64,000 bases of DNA, taken from NCBI RefSeq assembly GCF_001194135.2, contig NC_068998.1, forward strand, positions 40,156,088 through 40,220,087. The letters are read 5' to 3'. Position numbers and translations under genes: made by a program. This DNA is from Octopus bimaculoides. Its lineage: Eukaryota. Under the pieces are notes generated by a model. That model was not told the DNA's origin, searched no databases, and saw nothing but the letters and a program-made list of their open reading frames with translations. Below, one piece after another: positions 36,811-50,343 of the stretch; positions within the stretch are counted from its first letter, which is position 1; every line of letters starts with the position of its first letter.

Positions 36811-38561
36811 CTTTTAGTGATTGAATTCCAATCGGTCAAGTGGTTTTTTCTCTATTGGCTCATCGATTAGAAGTATGTTATGGTAGTATGGACATGTGGT
36901 GGCAGCAGTTGTTGAGTGGTAGAGTAGAGTTAAATTATGGTGGAATGGTCAGAGAATAAACATGTAATAATACTATGCAATGGTTGTTGGTAATGAATCA
37001 ATACCCTGAGTAAAATTTGAAGAGGGAAAAGCAATAAAATTGTCGAGTTGTTTTAGAAAAATAACTGTTTTGGTAATCTGTTAACAAGTATAGCTGAGAA
37101 ATGTTGGAATCACTCCTGGTTTTTCTGCCCACCCTCTCTACTTGATGTAATTTAGATTCCATTTCAAGATTTGGCATGTATTTAGTGAAACTGGTTTGAT
37201 ATATGACCAACACTGAAATGATATTATATAAAGTCTCTAAACACACAGATACCATACACACTCACAGCTTTGTGCATTTGTGTATGTGAATGTATGTATA
37301 ATTGCATTGGTTGTATGTGTGTTTGTGCTTATGTTTAATACATATTTGTTAGTGAATTGATTGAAAAATAGGATAAGATAGCATCTTGTCAGTAAAGGAT
37401 AATTAGAGATATTCACACTTTAGTTGAAATTTTCTAATGGATTTGGTAAAGCAGAGGTGAAATCTCTGCTTCTCACTATAAAAACTTCCACCCACCATAA
37501 TTACAAAATTCCACGATTAATGACAATAGCAACAAACAACACACAACAAACAAATTAAAGTCCATTTATATTTTATGTCAGCTATAGTTAAACCTCTCTT
37601 GAAAGCACTAAGGAAGGACAATTTAGTTAGAAAATCCAGATTTGCGTAGAATTTCTGCTAAAATTGTTAGGCAATTTGACAGAATTAGCCATTCTCCTAA
37701 GTAAGGCATTAAATATATCAAAAGTAGACAATTAACAAATCTCTGAAGGGAGGTATCCCAACCTTGACCATGTTTTAGATTTCTTTTTAAGCTTAATTTA
37801 TCTAGGATTACATTAAACAATGTCATTCCCTTTTCTTTTTTTCAAGATAGTATGGTGTGATTGAGGGAGATATTTGCTGCTATTTCTAGTGACTTAAACA
37901 ATCACATAGATGTTCCCAGTAGTAGTTAGTGGGGAAAAATTTTTTATGATGTTGCAGCAGACTAAACTTAATAGTATCATTTTGAAATAATTGAAGATGA
38001 TTGAGACAGCAAAGTCATTATATAGCAGCCTGGTTTCCTTCAAGCAAAGTTGACTTTGTTATCCAACAATAACAGTAGCAGTAACTGCAGCAGCAGCAGC
38101 AGCAACAACAACAACAACAACGATTGTTAAGATGGATTTGTAATTGACCAAACACTTCCTAAAAGAATCTGAGCCCTTCTTCTCTTGGATTATAAAATGA
38201 ATTAATGGGAAAAATTGATTGAAACTGATAGGGTAATGGCATGGATATTCTACTAGTCATTATCTAATTAAGTTAATTAGCAAGCTAACTAAACATCATT
38301 CAAAGAAACCCCACAAGCATATATTTGTAGCCATAATGGATTCCTCTGAAGCATTAGATACAACTTAATTGTTAATAAACTTCACCATCTTACTGATTTT
38401 AACTGTCTGGCTGTATCCATGCTGGAAGAACTAATGCAGATGTCTGTTGCAGCTTTGCACCTAGTTGTAGATTATTCCTTGTTCGTCTCTAATCCAGCAG
38501 ATCTCTGATCAAAAACAGTCCGGTCATGTAGTTTGACCTTCCCTTTTTTCATATTGTAAAG

Positions 38562-38893
38562 CAGCATTTCTCACCCAGGGTCCATATGACCACTAAGAGT
38601 CCATATAAGATTTTGTGGGGTTCCACACAAGCAAAATAGTAAATTGGGGATGCACAGTAGTCCATGGAAAAATTTTGTTTTAGATGTGTTTATTGCAAGA
38701 AACAGTCAGATTTCTTTCTCTAATGTCTTACACAGTCCTTTCTACTCAAGTTAATGTGTGAAAAACAAAATAGGAATTTTGAAAGAAGTGTCTATAAAAC
38801 AAGTTTTTAAACATCAAATGGTTATGTGGGTCCACCAGAGTGAAATAGTAATCGAAGGGGTCCATAGGTAAAAAAAATGGTTGAGAACCATTA
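38562..38893 (-). mobile_element. hAT MITE, longer variant, reverse orientation
   Basis: CAGCATTTCTCACC ... GGGGTCCATAGGTAAAAAAATGGTTGAGAACCA. Homologous to 40492-40767. Confidence 0.7.
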
Positions 38894-39533
38894 CTGGAGA
38901 GAGAGAGAGAGAGAGATTTAATTGTTATTTCTAGTAAAGTAACCAAGTAGATGTACCTTATCAGCTTGTAAAATCTTAATTGTGCTTTGAGGTTTGGTTC
39001 TTATCTCTGTCTCCTGTGATGTAGATTTGCCCACTATAGAATGTCTAAGGGGTATTTGAAAATACATATTTCTTGTTTTGAAGGAAAGTATATGAAAGCT
39101 GGGAGCCTTTGAAACCCATGCTAATGCAGTACATAGTTCTTAGCTTCTGATCTGCATACACAACTTCAAAAAATCCAAAATGACTGAGGAGCTAATTTTG
39201 GACATTTTTTCTGTATTTTTGTAGCTAGTGCTCTCAGGAAAGTCATGAACCTCTCATCATCTCGTCCCTGTTCTCTAGAGATTTCTGGCATTTTACTTAA
39301 AAAAAGAAAAATCAATAAATGAGCATTCTGTTTAGTTGACTTGATACTGAAACAGTAAAGAATATGTATGTGTATGTGTGTGTGTAGGTGTGTAATTATG
39401 TATGTATGTATATATTTGTGTGTGTATGTACATACACCTATGTACACATATAAAAAGCTAGTCGTTTGCTTTAATTTTCCTCTATCACTCTGTCTGTTAA
39501 TCGATCTATCTATCTATCTATCTATTTATTTAG

Positions 39534-39570
<37 letters not shown>

Positions 39571-40213
39571 CATTTATCTATTTATCTATCTTTCCATCTC
39601 TTTGCCTCCTTCTCCCCTCCACAGAAACAGATAGATAGAAGAGAGAATGAAAGAAGTAAAAGATATTTTCTTTCCCCATCAAAAGAAAGAATAGCTGTTT
39701 CCTGGTTGCAATGTCTTGGCTGATTTGTTTGAAAAAACAAACCATTATAGACTTCCATTAAACTATGGTGGACAGGAGGGTGAATGAATTTGAAGAAAAC
39801 TACATTTTTTTTTGTTTCATATTTCTCTTTCTTTCTCTTCCTTCATTTTGTCTTCTCTTCCTCCTCCTCCTGCTTCCACTCCTATATGCTACAATGATTC
39901 CTCAACCCACCTGCCCATTTCCCAATGATTCTGCTATTCTCTCTCTCTCTCTCTCACATAATTCATTGTTTTACATCTCTGCCCTTGTCTTCTTTTATCT
40001 CCTTCAACCTCCCAATAAATAAACAAGTGAAAAACAATACAAACAACAGCGTGTGTGTTTGTGTGTTAGTTTGTGTAGTGTGTGTGTGTGTGTGTGATGG
40101 AAGAGGGAAGGGGGCAGCCAACAAAACAGAAGTGTTTATCAAATGTTTCTCCTATTTGTTTTGATCCCCACATGTGTGCGTGTATATTTGTGTGAGCGTG
40201 TGTGTGTGTGTAC

Positions 40214-40375
40214 AAGCATGGCTGAGTGGTTAAAAAGTTTACTTTCTAACAATATTGTTCCAAGTTCAATCCTATTGCAAGGCACCTTGGACATGTGTCT
40301 ACTGCTATAGCTTCAAGTCAACTAATATCTTGTGAGGGGAATTTGGCAAACAGAAACTGTATAGAAACCTGACAT
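40214..40375 (+). mobile_element. SINE B head copy
   Basis: ATGGCTGAGTGG A box, AGTTCAATCC B box, GGCACCTTGGACATGTGTCT. Other B heads lie at about 22115, 30886, 32595, 51900, 54722, 56519 and 58760. Confidence 0.7.
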
Positions 40376-40491
40376 ATGTAAATATTATTTTATATTTTTA
40401 TGGGATTCTATTAATTTCTCCAGCCCTGCCAGAGTTTGCCTTGAAGGGTTTAGTTGGTCATCATGACCACAACACTTATTTCTGTCTAGTA

Positions 40492-40767
40492 CAGGGGTTC
40501 TGAACCATTTTTTACCTATGGACCCCTTTGATTCCTATTTTACTTAGGTGGACCCCTATAGCCACTCAATGTTTAAAATATCCTATTGTATTTTTATAAT
40601 GAAATATTATTAGGACTTGTATAAAAATTGTTAAAATATTTTGTGTATTGTGGATATATAACAAGTTTATTGCACATAAACTTTACTGATCTGAAGTACA
40701 ATTTTCTCCTGGCCAAAATCTTAAATGGGTCCCCAGGATACATATAGACCCCAGTTAAGAAACTCTG
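40492..40767 (+). mobile_element. Complete hAT (Charlie-like) MITE with an 8-bp TSD
   Basis: TIRs CAGGGGTTCTGAAC / GTTAAGAAACTCTG. TSD GTCTAGTA (40484-40491) vs GTCTGGTA (40768-40775). Confidence 0.85.
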
Positions 40768-41578
40768 GTCTGGTACTTGTTTTATTCACATGTGTTCTCT
40801 CCAGTGGTCACAGCTATTACAAAGAAGATATTAATTTCATCATAATGTAAAGTAGGATTAAGTATTTGAGATTGAAATTAAGGAGTTATAAAGAAAAAGA
40901 TACACAAAATTCACGTCTAACCTTTTTTTTTGTTTGTTTACGCATTACAAATTACATACAATTTCTTGTCATTGGTTTCATTGATGCCTGTTTGTCAAAT
41001 CACTAAGTTCCAGAACATAAAAGACATAGCATAGATTGATGTGGTCATGCACATACATATGCATATACATGCATACATATACACACATACACACATACTT
41101 TGACACATGGTTATATGCAAATACACACATACATACAGGGTATATGAAAAGACAGCACAAAAGCAACAAACTGCTCAAATAGCTAGTTATCAGTATGTCA
41201 GGATACTTCAAGCTGTGACGTGGTAAATATAGAAAAGATTCCAACAGCTTCAAGAAATATCACCTCAAACAAATTCGAGTTCAAAATAGCTGTTCAGTAC
41301 TGGGACATGTGCTGCTTCTTTCTGTAAATTGAACTCGCAACCACTCCATCAGCTAGCTTCAATACACAAAACAGTACCAATTATATGGTATTAACTCACA
41401 ACATAACACAACAATGCACCTTTTGACTGGCCACCCACTGTGAATGAATCAGGATATGAGAAAGAGAAAATAATAGAACACAAACACACACAGAGGATAT
41501 AAAGGCAATTCAAGTGCTTGCATTTAATTCTTGATGGATTTCTTTTTTGGCTGATCCTACCAATGATTGAACAGTACA

Positions 41579-41610
<32 letters not shown>

Positions 41611-41747
41611 ATAAATATATATATATATATATATTCTTGTCATTAAACTGTGGCTATGTTGGAGCACCACCTTGTTGGGTTTTGTAGATCTGATCAACTT
41701 CAGTACACATATTTTAATTCTGGTCTCTATTACAGGTGGTTGTGAAT

Positions 41748-41789
<42 letters not shown>

Positions 41790-42803
41790 AACACAAACAC
41801 AAACACAAACACACACACACACACAAACGCAAACACACACACACACACACACATTTCAGTCATCCATAGCATTTTCAGTGGGACCAAAGTGAGTCCCATA
41901 CAACCATGCCAGTGCCTGGAAAAAATAGAACTCAATAAATGGTGTGCTTATATCATTTTCTTATAGCTGAGAAACTACATCACCACCTGAAAGACCTACA
42001 ATATCAGCTGCTAGTCAAACTTGAGCACGAAACCCTAACTCACAGGTCAAAGATGTAGCTTTGTAGGTTTTTGGCTTCCTGTATGTATATGAGTGTGTAT
42101 GTGTGTATGCATATATATATATATACATACATTCATATATATATATGTGTATATGTATATATATATATATATATGTGTATATGTTTATAAAATCATTCTT
42201 TAATATATGTACATATATATAAGCACACCCACTCTTAATCCTGCAATCCTACATGTCCATTTCTGTCTGTGTGTGTTTATAATTATCCACGTGCACAGAA
42301 ACTACTATATCTGCCATAAACAGACACATTAATGGCTCTTTCTTTCTCACACTCTATCTCTCTCTCTCTCTCTCTCCTCCTTCCTCTGTGTGTGTATGTA
42401 TATGTATATGTGTGTGGGTGTGTATATATATGTGTATATATACATATATATATATTTATGTACGTACACACACACACACACATGATCTGTATGCTTTTTC
42501 CTAGTGTTCCAAGCTCATGTTTCTTATAAGTTTAATATCCCTTGGTTGTGCCATTATGAAAAAGTAATAAACACTGTTTTCAACTGTAGAATTTATTTAT
42601 GGCTCTGTTGAGGTGAAGTAGCAAAGTGAATTGTATACACAAGGATAGATAGGTAAGGATGTAGGTAATAGGGTTGTTGGTGTGGCAGTATGCTTGTATG
42701 CATATGTGCGTATATATGTTGACATATATACACACATGCACATGTGTGTGTTTTGTGTCTCTGTGTGTAGATACATGTATATGTAGATATATGCACATGT
42801 GCG

Positions 42804-42852
<49 letters not shown>

Positions 42853-43168
42853 ATACATGTACACACACTTCATATATCATCATCATCATCATAATAGCTA
42901 GTCAAATGATAGTCAATGAGAATGTCTGTACGAAATATTTGTTGTAAGTCGTAAAAGAAATGAACCGGTCTTCTGCTCTGACTTCTGTTCTGTGCTTCTC
43001 TGCTCCAACTGCGTGTATGAATGTTCGGTCTCTTCATGTTACATTCAACCACATCCCTATATTTTCACTAACAGTGAGTAAAATATTTCTCTGAGCAATC
43101 TATTGTCCTTTTTTGGACATACAGTTTTCACCAATACCTTTTCTGTGCAAGGCTTTCTCTAGAGAAGG

Positions 43169-43485
43169 CACATGGCTTAGTGATTAGGGTATTCAGCTCA
43201 TGATTGTAAGGTTGTGAGTTCGATCCCTGGCATTACATTTTGTCCTTGAGCAGGACACTTTATTCATATTGCTCCAGTCCACTCAGTTGGCAAAAATAAG
43301 TCTTACCTGTAACTCAGAGTGCCAACTTTGTCACATTCTGTGTCACACTGAATCTCCTTAAGAACTACATTAAGGGTACATGTGCTTGTGGAGTGCTCAG
43401 CCATTCACATGTTAATTTCACAAGGAGGTTGTTCTGTTGATCAGATTAACTGGAACATTCATTGTTGTAATCAAGTGAATGCCAG
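43169..43485 (+). mobile_element. tRNA-derived SINE (family E2)
   Basis: Head GGCACATGGCTTAGTG..GAGTTCGATCCC. The 3' body GTCACACTGAAT...TTAAGGGTAC..GAGTGCTCAGCC...TGTTCTGTTGATC is shared with 13600-14123. Confidence 0.8.
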
Positions 43486-43499
43486 ACTTTTTCTAGGAT

Positions 43500-43830
43500 G
43501 GGGGTGTTCCTGAGCTTGTATTTCCATGTGATATTTCATGATTTGTATTCAGTGCCTCACCATCTCTATGAAGGCCTGCAGTTTTTGTACCTGTTTGTAA
43601 CATATCATCCACATCTCCACTCTGTATAACGTGGATAATACTATTACTTGGTATACTTTGTACTTTACATGGACCAACATGTGCTTCTTATTTCATAGTT
43701 ATTTTCCCAACAATCATAGCCTTACATATCATGTGGTCCACTTCATCACTCAATCTATATCATCATTACGGATTGTATTATTCTGCTTGTACTGGACAAT
43801 ACAAAGATTCTTGTACATAAATAAATACAT
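43500..43830 (-). mobile_element. Decayed RTE (BovB-like) LINE, post-RT fragment
   Basis: Minus-strand VLSTLYRVEMWMICYKQVQKLQAF resembles the RTE motif VLSTLLYGxETW..RKLQAF. Confidence 0.6.
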
Positions 43831-44059
43831 AATCATCATAGTCATTGCTTTATGTCCACATTCAGTACTGGTTTGGATAGGTTTTTATGATATGAGTCTT
43901 ATTTGAATTTGCTACCCTCATAGACAAGATGGAAGACCACCCCTCATATAGAAGTTGTTGATGGTTTCAGTTACTTTGATGAGTTAAACAGCAGAGGTAA
44001 AAAGTGTTCTAAAAGTATAGTTGTCAGAATTACAAAAGGGTAGAAAAATTTCAGGGAGT

Positions 44060-44552
44060 TATTGCCTTTGCAATAAGAAGATTCTCTCTTTCAGCAAATG
44101 GTGACTGTACAATGCATGTATATGAACTGTGATGTTGTATGGTGAAGCATGTACACTGAATGCAGAGGATGTGTATAGGTTTGAAAAGGAACAAAACAAA
44201 CGGGAATCAGCTGGTTGCATAATTTCAGTGTGCATGAATGATGAAGCACAAATGAACCAAGAGGAGAACTGAATATAAGAGGAATCGGCTGTAGTATGCA
44301 AAAGAAATATCTCTGCTGGTATGGACATGAGATAAATAGGATAATGATAGGTGAATAAAGGAATGCCAGAAGTTTCATATTGGAAGAACCAATGGAAGAT
44401 GAAGATACGGGCAGAAGTAGTGAAGGCTGATCTTGGGAAGTTGAACCTCACAAAGGAGATGATAAAGGAATGCAACAAGTGATGGGATGCTGTATTGGAG
44501 AAGACTCATCAAACCCATGCAGGCATGAAAAAAATAGATGTAAAATGGTGAT
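44060..44552 (+). mobile_element. 3' end of an RTE-clade LINE
   Basis: Frameshifted VMLYGE..TLNAED..R..ISW...ELNIRGI...LCWYGH...W.EVVKADL motifs. Ends AACCCATGCAGGCATGAAAAAAATAGATGTAAAATGGTGAT. Confidence 0.8.
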
Positions 44553-44730
44553 ATATATATATATGATCATCAGTTTACATCATATATAATTGGTCAGTTG
44601 TTCATAAGTCCGACAAAAAAACCACACTCTAAAAAATGTTTTTGAGCAGCAATATTTTATGTATTTCTATAACATGTTCATCTGACATCAAGCAATATAC
44701 ATATATACATATGTATCTGTGTGTGTGTAT

Positions 44731-44785
<55 letters not shown>

Positions 44786-44821
44786 TGGACACTAAANNNN
44801 NNNNNNGTGTGTGTGTGTGTG

Positions 44822-45320
44822 TATTGGACACTAAACTCTGCTTGCAAAGACCTGTTGGGGCAAGTGAAATTGAAATTGAACCAAACTCGATGACTGGCAC
44901 CTATGTCAGTGGAGCGCTAACAGCACCATCCGAGTGTGATCATTGACAGAGCAGCTGTCTGGCTTTCATGCTGGTGGCACGTAAAAAGCACCATCTGAAC
45001 GTGATCGTTACCAGCGTCGCCTTACTGGCACATGAAAAAACATTTGAGCGAGGTCGTTGCCAGTGCCACTGAACTGGCTCCTGTGCAGATTGCGTGAAAA
45101 AAACACCATTGAGCATGGCCGTTGCCAGTACCGCCTGACTGGCCCTCATGCACCCACTACACTCTCGGAGTGGTTGGCGTTAGGAAGGGCATCCAGCTGT
45201 AGAAACTCTGCCAGATCAGATTGTAGCTTGGTGCAGCCATCTGGTTCACCAGTCCTCAGTCAAATCATCCAACCCATGCTAGCATGGAAAGCGGACGTTT
45301 AACGATGATGATGATGATGA
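44822..45320 (+). mobile_element. Long family D copy with internal ~55-70 bp repeats
   Basis: Four AAAAGCACCA..GAGCGTG.TCGTTGCCAG..CTGGC-like units, then the D core and a (GAT)n tail. Confidence 0.85.
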
Positions 45321-46402
45321 TATATATATGTAGTGTGCTTTTGGAAGCTATAATATCTCTAGTATAAGTAATAATTATTAATTTTTGATATAGACACACA
45401 ACCTTAGGTGGAGAACCCCTGGGAGGGTGAAAGGTAATTTGGAATCAGAACATTAAGATACTTCATGCCATTTTGTCCACTGTTTTACTGCTTTTGATAC
45501 TCTGATAACCGCCTGTGAAGAAATGGTTTCATTTTGTGTATAACTGGAATAATGGTTTAAAAATTTAACACCATCAGCTATAACTATAGTAGGGGAGAAA
45601 AGACAGAAAAATATATGTACATATAAACAACAAAAAGACTGAGACAGACAAAATTGGAGGAAGGTAGACAGAGAAGTAATCTGTGCTGTGGAGAGATGTG
45701 GTTTGATACAGAGATAAAATTACACAAACTTTGATAAAATGAGAGATAGAGGGAGAGAGAGAAAGAGGAGGAAATGCAGACAGACAGATAGTAAGAGGGG
45801 CAGTTAGTGGGAATGGTAGAGAATAATAAAAAAAAGATTTAATGACTAGATGTCACTAAAACACACACACACTCAGGAACAAATGTAAAATAATAAACAG
45901 CACATCTCATTATCTCCACTGCTATATCAACGAAGGTAGACTAAATTAAAAACCAAGAAAAAAAATGGGGAAAAAATAAAGAAATAAAAATGTACAAAAC
46001 TTAAAACAAGCTGTTGCATGTAATAAATTAAAACTATAATTTTGTTTTGTAATTAAATAACTGAATTTACATACTCTAATGGACTCTCCTGATAAAGAGA
46101 CTTCTGTCCTAATGGTTTATGAATCACTGACATATAAATCTCATCAAGTATTTCAGAGGAATTAAGAAAAAAGAAAACCCTCCCTCCAAAACAAACAAAC
46201 AAAAACAACAGCCTGTGCTTTATTCCAAGAATCTCCATTCATTAGTGGATTGGTGGACTCAGTAGAGTGTGTAGACAAAATGATTTGTAATATTTAGGTG
46301 TAACTCTTTATGTTCTGAGTTCAAACTCTGCTTTGGTTGCTTTAGAGACAGGGGAAATAAATTATCTATCAAACATTAAGAATCAATATTAATTTACTAT
46401 AT

Positions 46403-46622
46403 AAAAGCAGCAAGCTGGCAAAATTGTTAGCACATTGAGTAAAATTGCTTAGCAGCATTTCATTCATCCTTATGTTCTGAGTTCAAATTCTGGCGAGGTC
46501 CACTTTGCCTTTCATCCTTTCAGGTTTGATGTATTAAATACCAGTTAAACACTGGGATCAATGTAATCAACTTACTCCCTCCCCAAAAATTGCTAGCCTT
46601 GTGCCAAAATTTGAAACCAATA
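46403..46622 (+). mobile_element. SINE A copy
   Basis: GCAGCAAGCTGGCAAAATTGTTAGC...GAGTTCAAATTC...CTTTGCCTTTCATCCTTTC...GCCAAAATTTGAAACC. Further A copies lie at 52232 and 52472 (minus). Confidence 0.8.
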
Positions 46623-47094
46623 TTATTAATTAACTATATTCTTGCTCACTTGCCCCTCCCAAAGTTAGGGTCCTATGTCTATATTAAAAATTATTAAATT
46701 GTATTAATATTCCTCTACCATTGCCCCACCACCACCACCACTTCTCTGCTAACCTCATTCACAATCCATATTCTCTAACATCAATATTGATTGCAGATTG
46801 TTATTTATATTTCCTGCTAAAATTGGTTTTCTGGAGGAATCATCACCATTCATTATCATCATTTAATGCCCATGTTCTATGCTAGCATAGGTTGGACAGT
46901 ATGACAGGATCCAATTGATTTGATGAATCCAAGGATTGCAACGTGTGTCATTGTCTACTTTGGCATGGTTTCTATGGCTGGATGCTCCTCCTAACACCAG
47001 TCACTTTACAGCTCATACAAGTGTTTTGTTTTTGCCACCAACACCAACGAGGTCACCATGCAGCCTGAAAATATTTTGATTTAAGCTATATCTG

Positions 47095-47500
47095 TAGTGG
47101 GAGAGGGACAAGAAACTTGTGTGGTGCCTGTGACTCTCCATGTTGAATCTCTGTGACTGTTGTTTACTGAAAACCTACATTTCTGGCCAAAGTGCAAAAT
47201 GAGAGACTTAGTTTGGCTTGAATTTTTCTGCATGTTGCAAACTTAATTTCCTGTTTTTTGTGATGGAAAAGGAGTCTTGCAGGCAACGTTCTTTCTTTTC
47301 TTTGCAAAATAGAAGAATACAAAATAGACAATAAAAAAAATATGTTTACTTTATGTAGAAAATCTTGACCAGTCTAAGAAATAATGTCTTTCATTTTCCA
47401 TGGTGATGGCCATGATTGTAGGTTCTTGGCTGACAGTAGTCACAGGGACTCAACATAGAGAGACATATGGGAGAGCCACAGCTATTGTATTGGTCCTCTC
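47095..47500. repeat. Old ~400-bp foldback element
   Basis: CTCCATGTTGAATCTCTGTGACTG..AAACCTACATTTCTGGCCA pairs with TGGCCATGATTGTAGGTTC..CAGTAGTCACAGGGACTCAACATAGAG. Similarity continues inward to about 47270-47300. Confidence 0.7.
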
Positions 47501-48509
47501 TCATACACAATTATGGCTTTTATTAAAATATTTCCTTGTCTTCCCCTCAATATTATATCAGTGAGAAGAAAAGTTGCATTGGAAGTGGAAAGAACTTGCC
47601 AGAGAAAATATACATTGTGCTAATTTATGAAAACAATTTGAAATCTATAAGTAAATCTAACTCACTGATTTCAAATGAGCCAAGAATCTAATAAGTTTTT
47701 ACAAATATATTTTTAATGTTTTCAAACCTTTTTGTTATTTTTTAATCTTTTTTTGTCAACATGCTGAAAAAAAGACAAGACAGAAATTCATCAATCTTTT
47801 CAAATATTTATCTACTTTTATCTACTTTCATAAACTCTAAGTACTTTTATGTACTTAATCTTCAGGAACATATCATATTGATGAAGAAATGAAATTTCCA
47901 AAACAATCTGTTTATGATTATAAAGGATAAATGCTAAATTTACAAACGAAATTAAAGTATTTTTTAAAAATCAATACAGAAAAAATAAAATATTTTATAA
48001 TTATATTTTGAAGTAAAGAGAGAATATAGTATAGAACAATTCCTGTAAAGAATGAATTTAGATTTTTACATTCCTTTTCTTTTCTTAGTTTTATTTTTAT
48101 TTACTTAATTTCTTTTCTTTTTTATATTGTTATGGCTTTGTTAGATAGAGGACACTCACACATTAATTACTGATACACTTAGCATCATATATTGAATAAT
48201 GTAACTACACAATAGAATACACTTTGTGTAGTGAGTAGTACAAAGTTTAGCTGTCGCTGCAGTACATGATGGAACACACTGGACTACATGATGTTACAAT
48301 ATAATATATTTCACCAGTTTCCTGTTTCCCTTTACCTAAACTACCTTATCTTCTTTTAAGAGGAGATAGATCAGTAGTGGTTATTGTTCTGTCTAGCTCA
48401 ACCTTGACTGAACAGACCTAAGATCAAAGCCAGTCTACCTATGTCCACCCCATCATATTGTCAGACATTATATTGAGGACTACATTACTTAACACATCTT
48501 TTGATTTTT

Positions 48510-48676
48510 TTAACCTTTTAACATCTGGCCTCTCACACCTACCTAACAATGTCATTCAAAACAAACAATCACATCATTGAAATCTCAAAGTTTTGAGATA
48601 ATACAAAATTAATTCAAATCAGTGTGAATGAATAAGCATTACATTTGACAGAATAATCTGAATGCTAATGAGTTAA
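48510..48676 (-). mobile_element. TTAA-flanked piggyBac-like MITE, internally deleted
   Basis: Ends AATCTGAATGCTAATGAG-TTAA. The body is the reverse complement of the family. Confidence 0.7.
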
Positions 48677-50343
48677 AGATGATAAGGAATGAGTTAGATT
48701 GACTACTCTTTCTAGCAAGTCGGACAACCACATAATCTTCTTGTGTTGGTTTGTGCAGATCAGTAGAATAAATGGGGTGGGGAGGACAAAATCTGTTTAA
48801 TGTTTAACCTCTTAATATTGTTTTGTTTAGCTATTATCTTCTGACAGATGGTTGTTATTATTTTAGTTATTATTGTTAATCCTGTCATTAATATAATAAT
48901 GTTCTTGTTCAAAATAGTGATGACTGAGTAACTAATATTTTGTGTGTGAGACAATCTCTCTGAACACACAACACAAATTTGCAACCATTGCCATCACAAG
49001 TCCATACCACTACCACCTCTTCTCTAGCTACCATCCACTGTCATCACATGGCCATACAACCATCACCTCTGCTGTAGCTACCATCGTGTGTCCATACCAC
49101 CAGAATCTACATCTTTTCTAGCTACCATTCATTACAAAAACATGCTCATACCATGACTACCACTATGACCTTCCTCTAGTTGTTATCTACCACCATATCA
49201 CCATCATATATTTTGTCCATACAACTGTCACTTACCCCTACTCTAGCTACCATCCACTACAATCATCATGATCTCTCTCACTATTGTATCTTCCATCTAT
49301 TACCAAAACAAGTCCATACCATTACATACCTATACTCTATCAACCCAGCAAAAGAGCTCTTATGCAGTCACTAGACCTACTAGAAATAGCAATTCAATCT
49401 CCTTGAAATCACACTCTTAAAAGAGGAAGAGCAACATTCAGGTCATGGTATAAGTCTGCTCAGTCAAAGCTAACTTGAAGCTAGCCAACAACAGTCTCTA
49501 CTCTATCATTAACTCACTACATCCTACATTTGAACCTATATTAACTTTTATGTTAAAAATACGAGAAAAATCTCAACAACGACACTAAACAATTATTTAT
49601 TAACCCATATCTCATTGAATCACATCAATACGATATAATAAATATTGAATGTATCCAGTATAATAAATGCTTCTAGGTGAGATTGTCATTTTTTTCTTTT
49701 TTCTAAAACAAAAATGTATTTGAAGCTATTATTATTATTTACATTTTTGTGTGTATGAAATTGCACTATCTTTTATAATATCTGATGGTTTAATATTGTT
49801 ATGGTAACTATGTTGAAATTGTGTTATGAGCTCCTCCATTCTAGTACTTTTTCTGTGTGGGTAGATTCTGTCTCATGCTGTTCCATACAATCGTTATTTA
49901 CTGAACTCTTCGTGGAGTTGATATCAATTCTCTTTCCTCACACCCCACCTTCTCTCTCTCTCTCTCTCTCTCTCAGTCAGTTACTCACTCATATACTCTC
50001 TCCTCACGTTCTGTATCACATTCTCACTCATTCATTCCAAGTCATTTTGTGGACATAACGTTGTTTCCACTCTAATATGATATCTAACAAAATAAAAGAG
50101 GTTTCTATTGTATATTTAACTAATCTGATTTATTAACAGGACTACCTTTNNNNNNNNNNNNNNNNNNNNNNNNNNNNNNNNNNNNNNNNNNNNNNNNNNN
50201 NNNNNNNNNNNNNNNNNNNNNNNNNNNNNNNNNNNNNNNNNNNNNNNNNNNNNNNNNNNNNNNNNNNNNNNNNNNNNNNNNNNNNNNNNNNNNNNNNNNN
50301 NNATATATATACATTGAGAGTGCGGAATATTAGCAGAAAAGCA

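Noticed and set aside
44782-44836. Direct repeat GTGTATTGGACACTAAA
   Set aside because: It is duplicated across a 10-N gap and is most likely overlapping contig ends.
44890-45150. CRISPR-like repeat/spacer array (also 12275-12440 and 62262-62328)
   Set aside because: The DNA is eukaryotic, the units are degenerate without unique spacers, and no cas genes are present.
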